DNA of 64,000 nt, from contig WRIX01000001.1 of NCBI GenBank assembly GCA_009782495.1, positions 4,583 through 68,582 on the forward strand, written 5' to 3'. This stretch comes from Treponema sp. (GTDB lineage: Bacteria; Spirochaetota; Spirochaetia; Treponematales; Breznakiellaceae). Numbering within the stretch: position 1 is the first letter of the stretch; each line of letters begins with the position of its first letter. Both the position numbers and the translations under genes were made by a program. This document shows, piece after piece, positions 17,393 to 26,388 of this stretch. Below the pieces are notes generated by a model that saw only the letters and a list, made by a program, of their open reading frames with translations, had not been told where the DNA came from and did not search any database.

Positions 17393-19222
17393 ATGGAGAT
17401 ACTTTCCGGTATAGCTGCTGTACCAGGCATTGCAATTGGCAAGGCTTTTCTGTACGCAGAAGACCTAGAAACTCCCCGCTATATCATTCCACAGGAACAA
17501 AGCCCGGAAGAGATGAAGCGCTTTATAAGGGCAGTGGAGGAAGTGGCGGCAGAACTGCGTACTCTGCGGGAAAAAGCCAAAACCAGGGAGCAGGACGGCA
17601 TTTTTGCCGCTCATCTTTTAATGGTGGAAGACCAGGACTTCCACTACAAAGTTAAGGCCCGGTTTGAAACAAACTACGAAAACATCGAATGGGTTGTTTC
17701 CGAAGTAGCCCGGGAGCTTTCCCGCAAACTCATAGAGTCTCCGAATGAATACCTTAGGGAACGAACCGCTGATGTGGTTGATGTTTCCAGGCGCATAATA
17801 AGAAACCTTTTGGGTATTAAACGTTTTTCCCTTGCTGATTTACAGGAAGAAGTAATTCTTGTTGCCAGGGATCTTCTTCCTTCAGAGGTTCTTGCAATAC
17901 GTCCCTTCGGGCCGCGAGCGCAAGGAAATTATTATAATTCACCGCCGGAAGGCGGTGTGTGCATAAACAAAGACAAGGTTCAAGCGGTCCTGTTGGATGC
18001 CGGTTCCCGGACGAATCATGCAGCAATACTTCTCCGTTCCTTCGGCATCCCGGGAGTATTCGGCCTTTCTTCGGCAACCCAGGAAATTACAAACGGCAGC
18101 CTGATTATTGTTGATGGCGGAACAGGACAGGTATTTATAGAACCCGACAATGAAACAGCCAGACGGTATAAAGAACAACTTGCTAAACAGGAACAGCCGG
18201 CTGTAAACCTTTCTGCCCTTAAAGATTTTCCCGCAGAAACCACCGACAGCCGCCGGGTAAGTCTTGTGGCCAATATTGAACTTCCCGAAGAAGCTGAAGA
18301 AATTGCACATTACGGCGCCGAAGGAATAGGCCTTTATCGTTCGGAATTTTTGTTTCTTCAAAACGGACGAAATTCGGAAGAAGAACAACTGGAAGCCTAT
18401 AGCAGAGTTGTCAAAGCGATGAACGGAAAACCTGTTACAATTCGTACCGTAGACCTTGGGGGAGAAAAGGCATTACCGGCCATAGCAAATGAAAACGAAA
18501 AGAATCCTCTTATGGGCTGGAGGGCTATACGGTTTTCCCTGTCTCTGCCGGATCTGTTTAAGACACAATTGCGTGCAATATTGCGTGCCAGCATTCACGG
18601 AAAAGTGCAGATAATGTTTCCCATGATCTCAAATATCGAAGAACTGGAGCAGGCGCTTTGTTTACTGGAAGAAGCTCGAACGGAATGCCGCAAAAAGAAT
18701 CAGGATTTTGCAGATGATATTAAAATTGGAACGATGATCGAAATTCCTTCGGCAGTAATGACCGCTGATATTCTGGCTAAAAAATCAGACTTTTTTTCTA
18801 TTGGTACAAACGACCTGATCCAGTACACCCTGGCGGTAGATCAGGAAAACGAAAGAGTACGACATCTGGCAAAGGGAACTCAAATTGCCGTTCTTAGGCT
18901 TATCAAGCAAACAATTGATGCCGCTCACGCTGCAGGGATACATGCGGCGATGTGCGGAGAAATGGCGGGAGATCCCGCAGCAGCTGCGTTACTGCTTGGT
19001 CTTGGATTGGATGAATTCAGCATGAACGCCTCCGCCATTCCCCAGGTAAAATATATTATACGCAATGTCAGTATTGAATCCTGCAAGGCTCTGGCAGAAG
19101 CAGCACTGACCAGCACTTCACACAAGCAGGTACAGGAGCTGATACGGGATTGGTACAACAAATATTTACCAAGCCTTACTCTTGCTTCTGATATGATTTT
19201 TGAAACACAGGCTCAAACATGA
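17393..19222 (+). CDS. ptsI: Phosphoenolpyruvate-protein phosphotransferase (PTS enzyme I)
   Basis: MEILSGIAAVPGIAIGKAF N-terminus, DAGSRTNHAAIL active-site His region, GIGLYRSEFLF, SIGTNDLIQY. ATG 17393; the track ORF starts at 17267. Confidence 0.93.
   Translation: MEILSGIAAVPGIAIGKAFLYAEDLETPRYIIPQEQSPEEMKRFIRAVEEVAAELRTLREKAKTREQDGIFAAHLLMVEDQDFHYKVKARFETNYENIEWVVSEVARELSRKLIESPNEYLRERTADVVDVSRRIIRNLLGIKRFSLADLQEEVILVARDLLPSEVLAIRPFGPRAQGNYYNSPPEGGVCINKDKVQAVLLDAGSRTNHAAILLRSFGIPGVFGLSSATQEITNGSLIIVDGGTGQVFIEPDNETARRYKEQLAKQEQPAVNLSALKDFPAETTDSRRVSLVANIELPEEAEEIAHYGAEGIGLYRSEFLFLQNGRNSEEEQLEAYSRVVKAMNGKPVTIRTVDLGGEKALPAIANENEKNPLMGWRAIRFSLSLPDLFKTQLRAILRASIHGKVQIMFPMISNIEELEQALCLLEEARTECRKKNQDFADDIKIGTMIEIPSAVMTADILAKKSDFFSIGTNDLIQYTLAVDQENERVRHLAKGTQIAVLRLIKQTIDAAHAAGIHAAMCGEMAGDPAAAALLLGLGLDEFSMNASAIPQVKYIIRNVSIESCKALAEAALTSTSHKQVQELIRDWYNKYLPSLTLASDMIFETQAQT
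17900..17965 (+). repeat. Copy B of the two-hairpin repeat, inserted in frame (22 codons) in ptsI
   Basis: CGTCCCTTCGGGCCGCGAGCGCAAGGAAATTATTATAATTCACCGCCGGAAGGCGGTGTGTGCATA. It encodes RPFGPRAQGNYYNSPPEGGVCI, which has no counterpart in my recollection of E. coli EI just upstream of the active-site His. Confidence 0.75.
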
Positions 19223-20637
19223 ATTCAGAAGAAAAAGAAAGTGCCTCCATAATGTATGATCCCCAGCTTCAGTATCGAAATCTTCCTGCCGTTGCCCTGG
19301 TTGGCAGACCCAATGTAGGCAAGTCAACGCTTTTTAACAGACTGCTTCACCGCCGCCGGGCCATCACCGATCCTACACCCGGTGTAACGCGGGACCCAAT
19401 AGAAGAAAAAGCTTTTATCGCCGGAAAACCCTTGCGGCTTATTGATACCGGCGGTTTTAAAATTGACAGAACAATTCCGGAAGACGATAAGAACGGACTG
19501 AATTCTGTTTTGGATAAACTGGTAGTCGAACGGACACTGGAAATTATCAAAAGTGCAGACCTAATAGTTTTACTTCTGGAAGCCGGTGAACTTACCTCTG
19601 AGGACGAAGAATTTATTTCCCTCCTCCGTCCCCATTGGTCAAAACTGATTGCTGTTGTAAACAAAACCGAAGGCGGCCGCCGTGAAGCGGAAGCATGGAA
19701 TACGGCGCAGTATGGTTTTGAAGAACTGTTATTTATTTCTGCAGAACATGGTGATCGTATTAATGAACTTGAAGCTACTATAGTTTCACGTCTTGACTTT
19801 TCCGCTGTAACACTGGACGAGGGAGAAACCGACACTATTGCCCTGGCCATTTTAGGAAAACCCAATACGGGAAAGTCTACCCTTTCCAACCGCCTGACTG
19901 CATCGGCAGCTTCTATTGTAAGTACCGTACCGGGTACCACACGGGATGTTGTAGAAGGGGAATTCTGTTACAAAAATAAAAACTTCCGTGTTCTTGATAC
20001 TGCGGGGATACGGCGTAAATCCAAAGTAACGGAAAACATTGAATACTATTCGGTAAACCGTGCGGTTAAAACCCTGGACAAAGCCAATATCGTGTTTTTG
20101 TTAATTGATGCCCAGGAAGGTTTAACCGAACAGGACAAGAAGATCGCCGCCCTTGCCTGCGATAAAGGCCGTGGGATCATTTTTGCGCTAAACAAATGGG
20201 ATACCATGCCAAAAGTAAAAAATGCCCTGACTGCGGTAAAAGACAAAATTCACTTTTTTTTCGGCCAAATGGAATATGCTCCCATCGTTCCGGTTTGCGC
20301 AATCGACGGAACGGGAATGGACGAGTTATTGGAAACTGCAATCCGCATGAATGCCCAGCTTCACCGTCATACCGAAACTTCTGTCCTAAACCAGGCTCTT
20401 GCACGATGGCTGGAAGAAAACCCGCCCCCTCAGGGACCGAAAACCCGTTTTAAAATAAAGTATGCCGTTCAGATTTCTTCCAATCCGGTAAAATTTGCTT
20501 TTTTTGTAAGCCGCTCCGCTGCCGTAAGCGAAGCATATAAATCGTATCTCCGTAAAAAAATCCGAAAAGACCTTGGTTATTCTTACATCCCCATAGAAGT
20601 GGAAATCCGCCCTTCACAAAAAGAAAGAGAAAACTGA
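19219..20637 (+). CDS. der: Ribosome-associated GTPase Der/EngA
   Basis: Two G domains, GRPNVGKSTLFNRL and GKPNTGKSTLSNRL, plus a KH-like C-terminus. Confidence 0.95.
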   Translation: MNSEEKESASIMYDPQLQYRNLPAVALVGRPNVGKSTLFNRLLHRRRAITDPTPGVTRDPIEEKAFIAGKPLRLIDTGGFKIDRTIPEDDKNGLNSVLDKLVVERTLEIIKSADLIVLLLEAGELTSEDEEFISLLRPHWSKLIAVVNKTEGGRREAEAWNTAQYGFEELLFISAEHGDRINELEATIVSRLDFSAVTLDEGETDTIALAILGKPNTGKSTLSNRLTASAASIVSTVPGTTRDVVEGEFCYKNKNFRVLDTAGIRRKSKVTENIEYYSVNRAVKTLDKANIVFLLIDAQEGLTEQDKKIAALACDKGRGIIFALNKWDTMPKVKNALTAVKDKIHFFFGQMEYAPIVPVCAIDGTGMDELLETAIRMNAQLHRHTETSVLNQALARWLEENPPPQGPKTRFKIKYAVQISSNPVKFAFFVSRSAAVSEAYKSYLRKKIRKDLGYSYIPIEVEIRPSQKEREN

Positions 20638-20945
20638 TGGCCTCTTTTTCCAGCATGGAAGCAGAACGTATTCTTGGAATAAAAAATTCCGTGCTTCGTT
20701 TCTGGGTTGATGAAATGCCTCTGATTCAGCCGAAAAAAGATCTTTCCGGCCGCCGGATTTTTTCCGGCAGAGATATGCGCCTGCTTCTCCGGCTTAAATA
20801 CCTGCTCTACGAACGCCGTCTTTCCATAGACGGTGCAAGAAAACAACTGGAAAAAGAGTTATCCAGCAAATGGCCGGATCTGCGGGCGGAACTGGACGCT
20901 GTACGATCGGAACTTTTGGATTTACTGGCGCAGGTTAAAAATTAA
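20637..20945 (+). CDS. MerR-family HTH protein
   Basis: ILGIKNSVLRFWVDE...GRRIFSGRDMRLLLRLKYLL. The start overlaps the der stop (ATGA). Confidence 0.7.
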   Translation: MASFSSMEAERILGIKNSVLRFWVDEMPLIQPKKDLSGRRIFSGRDMRLLLRLKYLLYERRLSIDGARKQLEKELSSKWPDLRAELDAVRSELLDLLAQVKN

Positions 20946-20971
20946 AGTAAGAGTAAACCCTGCACTTTCAC

Positions 20972-21487
20972 CTATGCCGGTCTTAGCGAACCAAAATCAT
21001 TTTCCTTACCCAGCATTTCCAGGTACAAAGAAAGCATGCCCCGGTGAAAGGTATCATGATTAAGGCTCTGCATGATAAGCCCGCCGAAAAACCATGTATA
21101 GTCTTTGCCGCTTGAATTGGTATATGTTAACATTCCTTCAAGTTCGCTGTCATTCAGTTCAGCTGCAAAACGGATGATCCATTCATCCAGCCCGGGCCGT
21201 TTGGACAGGTACTCGTTCATATCATCAAAAATTACTTCGCTGAACGGATACATTTCCCGGGCAAAAAAACTATCGCCGAAAACCGTAAAGTCCCTGAATT
21301 TGGAATAGCGTTTTAGCCAGTTAAAGTCACAGATATAAAGATGGGAACAAAGCCCGTGGACAGATTTAAAAAAACCCCCCAGGTTTTTGTCCCATTCTGC
21401 AGGAGTTAATGTCTGTATTATTTTATTCATGGCCTTGTTGGCGGTTTGATTGTAATTGGCAAATAGAATAATGGTTTCTTTGTTCAT
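20972..21487 (-). CDS. DinB family protein
   Basis: ATG 21487 preceded by GGAGGA. The C-terminal LNHDTFHRGMLSLYLEMLG motif is typical of DinB. Confidence 0.7.
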   Translation of the reverse strand: MNKETIILFANYNQTANKAMNKIIQTLTPAEWDKNLGGFFKSVHGLCSHLYICDFNWLKRYSKFRDFTVFGDSFFAREMYPFSEVIFDDMNEYLSKRPGLDEWIIRFAAELNDSELEGMLTYTNSSGKDYTWFFGGLIMQSLNHDTFHRGMLSLYLEMLGKENDFGSLRPA

Positions 21488-21577
21488 GGTTTCCTCCAAA
21501 ACAAGTATAACCTTTGTAACGGTAAAATAACAGTAAGTAAGGTTTTGAATCATCCTGCAAAAAAAAGAAGAAAAATA

Positions 21578-21607
21578 TTGACTTGATTCAAAGGATACCT
21601 CTATAAT
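21578..21607 (+). promoter_or_regulatory. Sigma-70-type promoter of the PTS operon
   Basis: TTGACT (21578-21583), 18-nt spacer, TATAAT (21602-21607). Confidence 0.6.
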
Positions 21608-21689
21608 ATACCAAAGCAGCCTGGTGCTTAAAAGAAAAATTTACAGGAGGAAGGCTTCAAAAACCAGGATAATGTAAGCTGACACATAT

Positions 21690-23093
21690 ATGGGTTTTAT
21701 TGAGTTTTTTATCAGTATCCTTTCAACACCCGCAGTTTTGGTCGGTGTTTTTGCCATGCTGGGATTAATCCTGCAGGGCAAACAGATTGAAGAAGTAATC
21801 AAAGGAACATTTAAGACCATTGTCGGTTTTATGGTTCTTTCTGCCGGTGCGGGTTACCTGGTAGGCGGATCGCTTAACAGTTTCGGTATCGTCTTCAATG
21901 CTGCATTCGGTGTAACCGGAAGTACGCCGAACAACGAAGCTGTCGTAGCCATAGCGCTTAAAGATGTAGCGTCCACTACCGCCTACATCATGGTGGTCGG
22001 AATGATCGCAAACCTCGTTTTGGCGCGTTTTTCCAAAGCAAAATTCATCTTCCTTACGGGACATCACACCCTGTTTATGGCTTGTCTTCTGGCTGTAGTG
22101 TTAAATTTTGCAGGTCTCGAAATGTGGCAAACCGTTGTCGGCGGCGGCCTGATCCTCGGCCTGGTAATGGTTCTTATGCCGGCACTCGCCGAATCCACAA
22201 TGAAAAAAGTAACGGATGGCGCCGACATCAGTCTGGGGCATTTCGGGACTCTGGGTTATTGGGTTTCCGCGCAGACGGCAAAAATCGTAAAAGGAAAAAC
22301 AAAAACCGAAGACATCACTTTTCCTCAGCGGCTTACCTTCCTTCGGGATACCATCGTTGCCATTAGCATTACCATGGTATTCTTCTTTCTTATTATTTCG
22401 ATTGTTGCCGCAGCAAAAGGTGAATTTTCTCCAAACGGCGGGCTTTACTATCTTCTGGCCGGCGAAGGCGGACTTCACTCTTCATGGATAGTCTGGGCAA
22501 TCGTTCAGGGCCTTTCTTTCGCCGCAGGTGTTTCAGTTATTTTAACCGGTATCCGGCTTATCCTTGGTGAAATTGTCCCTGCTTTCAAGGGAATTGCGGA
22601 AAAACTCGTTCCCAATGCAAAGCCTGCTCTTGACTGCCCCATTGTATTCCCCTATGCGCCCAATGCGGTACTTATCGGATTCCTTGCATCCTTTATAGGC
22701 GGTGTAGTCGGCTTGGGAATTATTACCGGGATTAACGCCGGCATGACCACCGGTTTTGCCCTGGCAATAATTCTTCCCGGTGTTATCCCCCACTTCTTCT
22801 GCGGCGCAACCGCCGGTGTTTTTGGCAATGCAGAAGGCGGACTAAGAGGCTGTATCGTTGGAGCATTTATCCACGGGCTTATTATCACCTTCCTTCCCGC
22901 TCTGTTGTACCTGGTGCTTGGTCAAATTGTCGGCCAGGGAACAACCTTCGGGGATTCGGACTTTAGTCTTGTCGGACTTACCCTGGGCAGCCTTTCTCTG
23001 GTAATTAAAGGATGGGGCCTCTTTATCATCTGTGTGATTTTGTACTTGCTCCCGATAATCGTTTCTCCGTTTATAAAAGGAAAAAAGGCGTAA
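21690..23093 (+). CDS. PTS ascorbate-type (UlaA/SgaT family) EIIC permease
   Basis: 467-aa polytopic protein. N-terminus MGFIEFFISILSTPAVLVGVFAMLGLILQGK is typical of UlaA/SgaT. Followed by a IIB gene. Confidence 0.8.
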   Translation: MGFIEFFISILSTPAVLVGVFAMLGLILQGKQIEEVIKGTFKTIVGFMVLSAGAGYLVGGSLNSFGIVFNAAFGVTGSTPNNEAVVAIALKDVASTTAYIMVVGMIANLVLARFSKAKFIFLTGHHTLFMACLLAVVLNFAGLEMWQTVVGGGLILGLVMVLMPALAESTMKKVTDGADISLGHFGTLGYWVSAQTAKIVKGKTKTEDITFPQRLTFLRDTIVAISITMVFFFLIISIVAAAKGEFSPNGGLYYLLAGEGGLHSSWIVWAIVQGLSFAAGVSVILTGIRLILGEIVPAFKGIAEKLVPNAKPALDCPIVFPYAPNAVLIGFLASFIGGVVGLGIITGINAGMTTGFALAIILPGVIPHFFCGATAGVFGNAEGGLRGCIVGAFIHGLIITFLPALLYLVLGQIVGQGTTFGDSDFSLVGLTLGSLSLVIKGWGLFIICVILYLLPIIVSPFIKGKKA

Positions 23094-23188
23094 GCCGTTA
23101 ATTCAAAGGCCTGTTGTCCGGCTGTTGAGCGGCCGGACGACTGCCTGTAATTTTCTGTTTTTTTTACATCACATTTAAGGTGGATAAT

Positions 23189-23467
23189 ATGGCGATTAAG
23201 AGTATAGTATGCTGCTGCGGTATGGGAATGGGAACCAGCCTGTTGGCAAAAATGAACGTAGAAAAAGCATTGGGCAATATCGGCGTAAAAGGAGTTGATG
23301 TAGAACACTCCACACTAACAGAAGCAAAGGGCTGTAAATTCGACCTCTATGTAGTCAGTAAAGATCTGGCAGAAGCGGCAAAGACTCTTTCCAATGTGTT
23401 AATCATCAATAACCTCATGGATATCAAGGAATTAGAGAAAAAGCTGAAAGAAGCTTTTGGTCTTTAA
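23189..23467 (+). CDS. PTS EIIB component (UlaB/SgaB-like)
   Basis: IVCCCGMGMGTSLL is the phospho-Cys loop. ATG 23189; the track ORF starts at GTG 23180. Confidence 0.8.
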   Translation: MAIKSIVCCCGMGMGTSLLAKMNVEKALGNIGVKGVDVEHSTLTEAKGCKFDLYVVSKDLAEAAKTLSNVLIINNLMDIKELEKKLKEAFGL

Positions 23468-23493
23468 CAGAAGAAACCGATTTAAAACATTTT

Positions 23494-24654
23494 GTGGAAG
23501 CCATAGAAAAACTTCTTCCTCTCATCGAAGAAATCTTTCCCATTCCGGGCCGTTTCCGGCAAAAACTGCCGTTTGATGTAGCAGATCTTTCCCGGCTTCT
23601 TACCAGCGCCCGCGGCGAACGGGACGGCGGATACCTCAACCGTCCCAATATGCTTTCCGCTTATCTCCGTTATTTTTTACCCTGGAATGTGTTCCGCCTT
23701 TGTAAGCTTTTTTCGTTAAAAGGCGGAGTTCAGGCCGGACAAAACAAACCGGGCATTTTACCTGCTCTTTCAGACGGTGATACAGTAACCGATCTTGGTT
23801 CAGGCCCTTTAACATTGCCCATTGCCCTATGGATTGGTTTTCCGGAGCTCCGCAATGTAAAACTTGAATTCCGCTGTGTTGATAAAAGCGCTGCAATCCT
23901 TGCCGCCGGATACAAACTATTCAAGGCTCTTTGTTCAATTTCCGGCAGTAACACCTCCGGTAATGTTCCGGGCTGGAAGATAAAAACCATTCATGATTCA
24001 ATTGCAGCGCCGGTACGCGGAAAACCGGCAAAACTGGTAACGGCTGTTAATGTATTTAACGAAGTTTATACCGGAATGCAGCACGGCAGCATAGAACGGA
24101 GCGCAGAAAAAACAGCTGATCTTCTTTGCAGACTCTGTGCAGACAGCGGATCAATTCTTGCGGCAGAGCCGGGGAATCCTCAGGGCGGCGCTTTTATTTC
24201 CGCTCTGCGCGCTGCCCTGCTTAAAAAGGAGAAGTATCCTGCCGCTCCCTGTACTCATGTTGAACTATGCCCAATGCCGGGTATTGGTCAGGTTCGGGGG
24301 ACAAAAGCCAAGTGGTGTCACTATGCCTTTGAAACAGAAACTGCACCTGAAGCGCTTCATATACTTTCAAGTGCCGCAGGACTACCAAAAGAAAGAGCTA
24401 CGCTGAGTTTTTTACTGGCAGGACCGCAAAAAACAAAAAGCGGATCGGGTATCAGAATTGTTTCCGATACTTTTCCCGTGTTATCCCAAAAAAACGAAAC
24501 AGGCTGTTACGGCTGTTCAGAAAGGGGAATGGTTTTAGTAACCGGAAACAGAACACAATTTAATCCTATTTCGCACGGCTCACTTTTGACCCTTCCCCTT
24601 CCGGAAAAAGAACAGCGGGATCCCAAAACCGGAGCGTTAATTATCCCGCTGTAA
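23494..24654 (+). CDS. Rsm22-like class I methyltransferase
   Basis: YLRYFLPWNVFR, DLGSGPLT (SAM motif) and a C-terminal Cys cluster CTHVELCPM...WCHYAF. Family assignment is from memory. Confidence 0.5.
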   Translation: MEAIEKLLPLIEEIFPIPGRFRQKLPFDVADLSRLLTSARGERDGGYLNRPNMLSAYLRYFLPWNVFRLCKLFSLKGGVQAGQNKPGILPALSDGDTVTDLGSGPLTLPIALWIGFPELRNVKLEFRCVDKSAAILAAGYKLFKALCSISGSNTSGNVPGWKIKTIHDSIAAPVRGKPAKLVTAVNVFNEVYTGMQHGSIERSAEKTADLLCRLCADSGSILAAEPGNPQGGAFISALRAALLKKEKYPAAPCTHVELCPMPGIGQVRGTKAKWCHYAFETETAPEALHILSSAAGLPKERATLSFLLAGPQKTKSGSGIRIVSDTFPVLSQKNETGCYGCSERGMVLVTGNRTQFNPISHGSLLTLPLPEKEQRDPKTGALIIPL

Positions 24655-24682
24655 AACATTCTTCTCCTGTTACTTGTTTTGC

Positions 24683-24823
24683 GGAATATCCAGAGGGGAA
24701 CCTTCACTCACTTCCGTTCGTTCGGTGGAATATCCAGAGGGGAACCTTCACTCACTTCCGTTCGTTCGGTGGAATATCCAGAGGGGAACCTTCACTCACT
24801 TCCGTTCGTTCGGTGGAATATCC
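24683..24823. repeat. 44-bp tandem repeat, 3 perfect copies plus a 9-nt partial copy
   Basis: Unit GGAATATCCAGAGGGGAACCTTCACTCACTTCCGTTCGTTCGGT begins at 24683, 24727 and 24771, with a partial copy at 24815. It overlaps the last codons and the stop of the minus-strand trpB2-like gene. Confidence 0.95.
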
Positions 24824-26181
24824 GGTATTGTTGCAAAACCTTTTGCCAAATCCTCGTCGCTGGGAATTGTGTCGGAAAGGGTTTTTACGTTGTACTGCAT
24901 ATATGCAGAAAGATCAAAATAGCCGGTACCGCTAAGTCCGAATAGAATAACCTTTTTCTCCCCGGTCTTTTTGCATTCCAGCGCTTCATCAATGGCAGCT
25001 TTGATCGCATGTGATGATTCCGGTGCAGCAAGTATTCCTTCGGTTTTCATAAAACGGATTGACGCATCAAAAACATCGGTCTGAACTTCCGAGCGGGCTT
25101 CTATATAACCGTCATGGTAGAGCTTGCTCAGTATCGGGCTCATACCGTGATAACGCAGCCCTCCCGCATGGTTGGCAGACGGAATAAAACCGTTCCCCAA
25201 TGTATACATGCGTAAAAGCGGCGTTGTTTTGGCAGTATCGCCGAAATCGTACACATAGCGTCCGCGGGAAAGAGACGGACATGATGCAGGCTCTACAGCA
25301 ATAAAGCGAGTATCGGATTTGCCGTTAAGCTTTTCTCCCATAAAAGGAGCAATAAGTCCGCCAAGATTTGAACCGCCCCCTGCACAACCAATGATAATGT
25401 CAGGTTTTATTCCGTACTTATCCATTGCAGCCTTTGTCTCAAGCCCAATAACCGATTGATGGAGCAGTACATGGTCAAGGACGCTCCCCAGCACATAACG
25501 GCACTTGTCCGTTTTAACGGCCATTTCTACCGCTTCGGAAATGGCGCAGCCCAGGGAACCTCCTGTATTCGGATTAATTTCGAGGATCTTTCTTCCCGAA
25601 TCCGTAGTATCTGACGGCGAAGGAACAACCTTTGCGCCGTAAGTTTCCATCACCGCTTTGCGGTAGGGCTTCTGTTCAGAACTCACTTTTACCATGTATA
25701 CCGTAAGGTCAAGGCCGTAAAAACCGCAGGCCATTGCCATAGCTGTCCCCCACTGACCGGCGCCGGTTTCGGTAGTGAGTGTCTCCAGCCCTTCTTCTTT
25801 TGCATAGTACGCCTGGGGTCCTGCCGAGTTCAGCTTGTGGCTGCCTGAAGTATTTGTTCCTTCAAACTTGTAATAAATCTCCGCCGGTGTTCCCAGCTCT
25901 TTTTCCAGGTAATATGCCCGGATAAGCGCCGAAGGCCGGAATGCCCGGTAAAAGTCCAGAAGCTTATCCGGTATTGGAACCATCTTTGTGCTGTCATCCA
26001 GTTCCTGCCTAACCAGTTCTTTGCAGAAAATTGCCTCCATATCCGATGCAGTAACCGGTTGCAAGGTTCCCGGATGCAGAATAGGATCGTGTTTTTCCTT
26101 CATATCGGCCCGCAGGTTGTACCAAAACTTGGGCATCTCATCTTCGTTCAGGTAAATACGGGTAGGAATCGTGTGGGCCAT
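24796..26181 (-). CDS. TrpB-like PLP-dependent enzyme (TrpB2 type)
   Basis: FEGTNTSGSHKLNSA carries the PLP Lys; GCAGGGSNLGG is also present. ATG 26181 is preceded by AAGGAGG. The track ORF starts at 26259. Confidence 0.88.
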   Translation of the reverse strand: MAHTIPTRIYLNEDEMPKFWYNLRADMKEKHDPILHPGTLQPVTASDMEAIFCKELVRQELDDSTKMVPIPDKLLDFYRAFRPSALIRAYYLEKELGTPAEIYYKFEGTNTSGSHKLNSAGPQAYYAKEEGLETLTTETGAGQWGTAMAMACGFYGLDLTVYMVKVSSEQKPYRKAVMETYGAKVVPSPSDTTDSGRKILEINPNTGGSLGCAISEAVEMAVKTDKCRYVLGSVLDHVLLHQSVIGLETKAAMDKYGIKPDIIIGCAGGGSNLGGLIAPFMGEKLNGKSDTRFIAVEPASCPSLSRGRYVYDFGDTAKTTPLLRMYTLGNGFIPSANHAGGLRYHGMSPILSKLYHDGYIEARSEVQTDVFDASIRFMKTEGILAAPESSHAIKAAIDEALECKKTGEKKVILFGLSGTGYFDLSAYMQYNVKTLSDTIPSDEDLAKGFATIPDIPPNERK

Positions 26182-26248
26182 TTTTTGCCTCCTTAAAAAA
26201 TTTTTGGCAATTTCCGTACCATCCAGAGGACAGTCTAAATTGCCGGCG

Positions 26249-26309
26249 TTTCTATACATAGAAATGTTTCTCTATAGAGAAACATACCGAGGAAAAACCA
26301 TTTTGTCAA
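26249..26309 (-). promoter_or_regulatory. Promoter with two adjacent palindromic operator candidates upstream of the trpB2-like gene
   Basis: Minus strand: TTGACA (26309-26304), 17-nt spacer, TATGTT (26286-26281). Palindromes GTTTCTCTATAGAGAAAC (26266-26283, perfect 18 bp) and TTTCTAT-AC-ATAGAAA (26249-26264). Confidence 0.6.
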
Positions 26310-26388
26310 GTAGAATTCAACAATGTTTAAAAAAAGTGATAATTTTCCTTCAAGAAAAGAGTAAAAATGTATTGATTTGGAGCAAGCT

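Noticed and set aside
19347-19940. 197-aa minus-strand ORF inside der
   Set aside because: Ser/Arg/Pro-rich antisense shadow of a gene with unmistakable GTPase motifs.
23094-23170. Hairpin GTCCGGC...GCCGGAC after the PTS IIC gene as a terminator
   Set aside because: The T-run is about 20 nt away from the stem and the IIB gene follows in the same operon. At most an intercistronic stabiliser, so not called.
24683-24823. CRISPR array?
   Set aside because: The 44-bp units are directly adjacent with no spacers, and no cas genes are present. It is a simple tandem repeat.
24674-24945. Two plus-strand ORFs (82 and 88 aa) with internally repeated peptides
   Set aside because: Artefacts of translating the 44-bp tandem repeat and the antisense strand of the trpB2-like gene.
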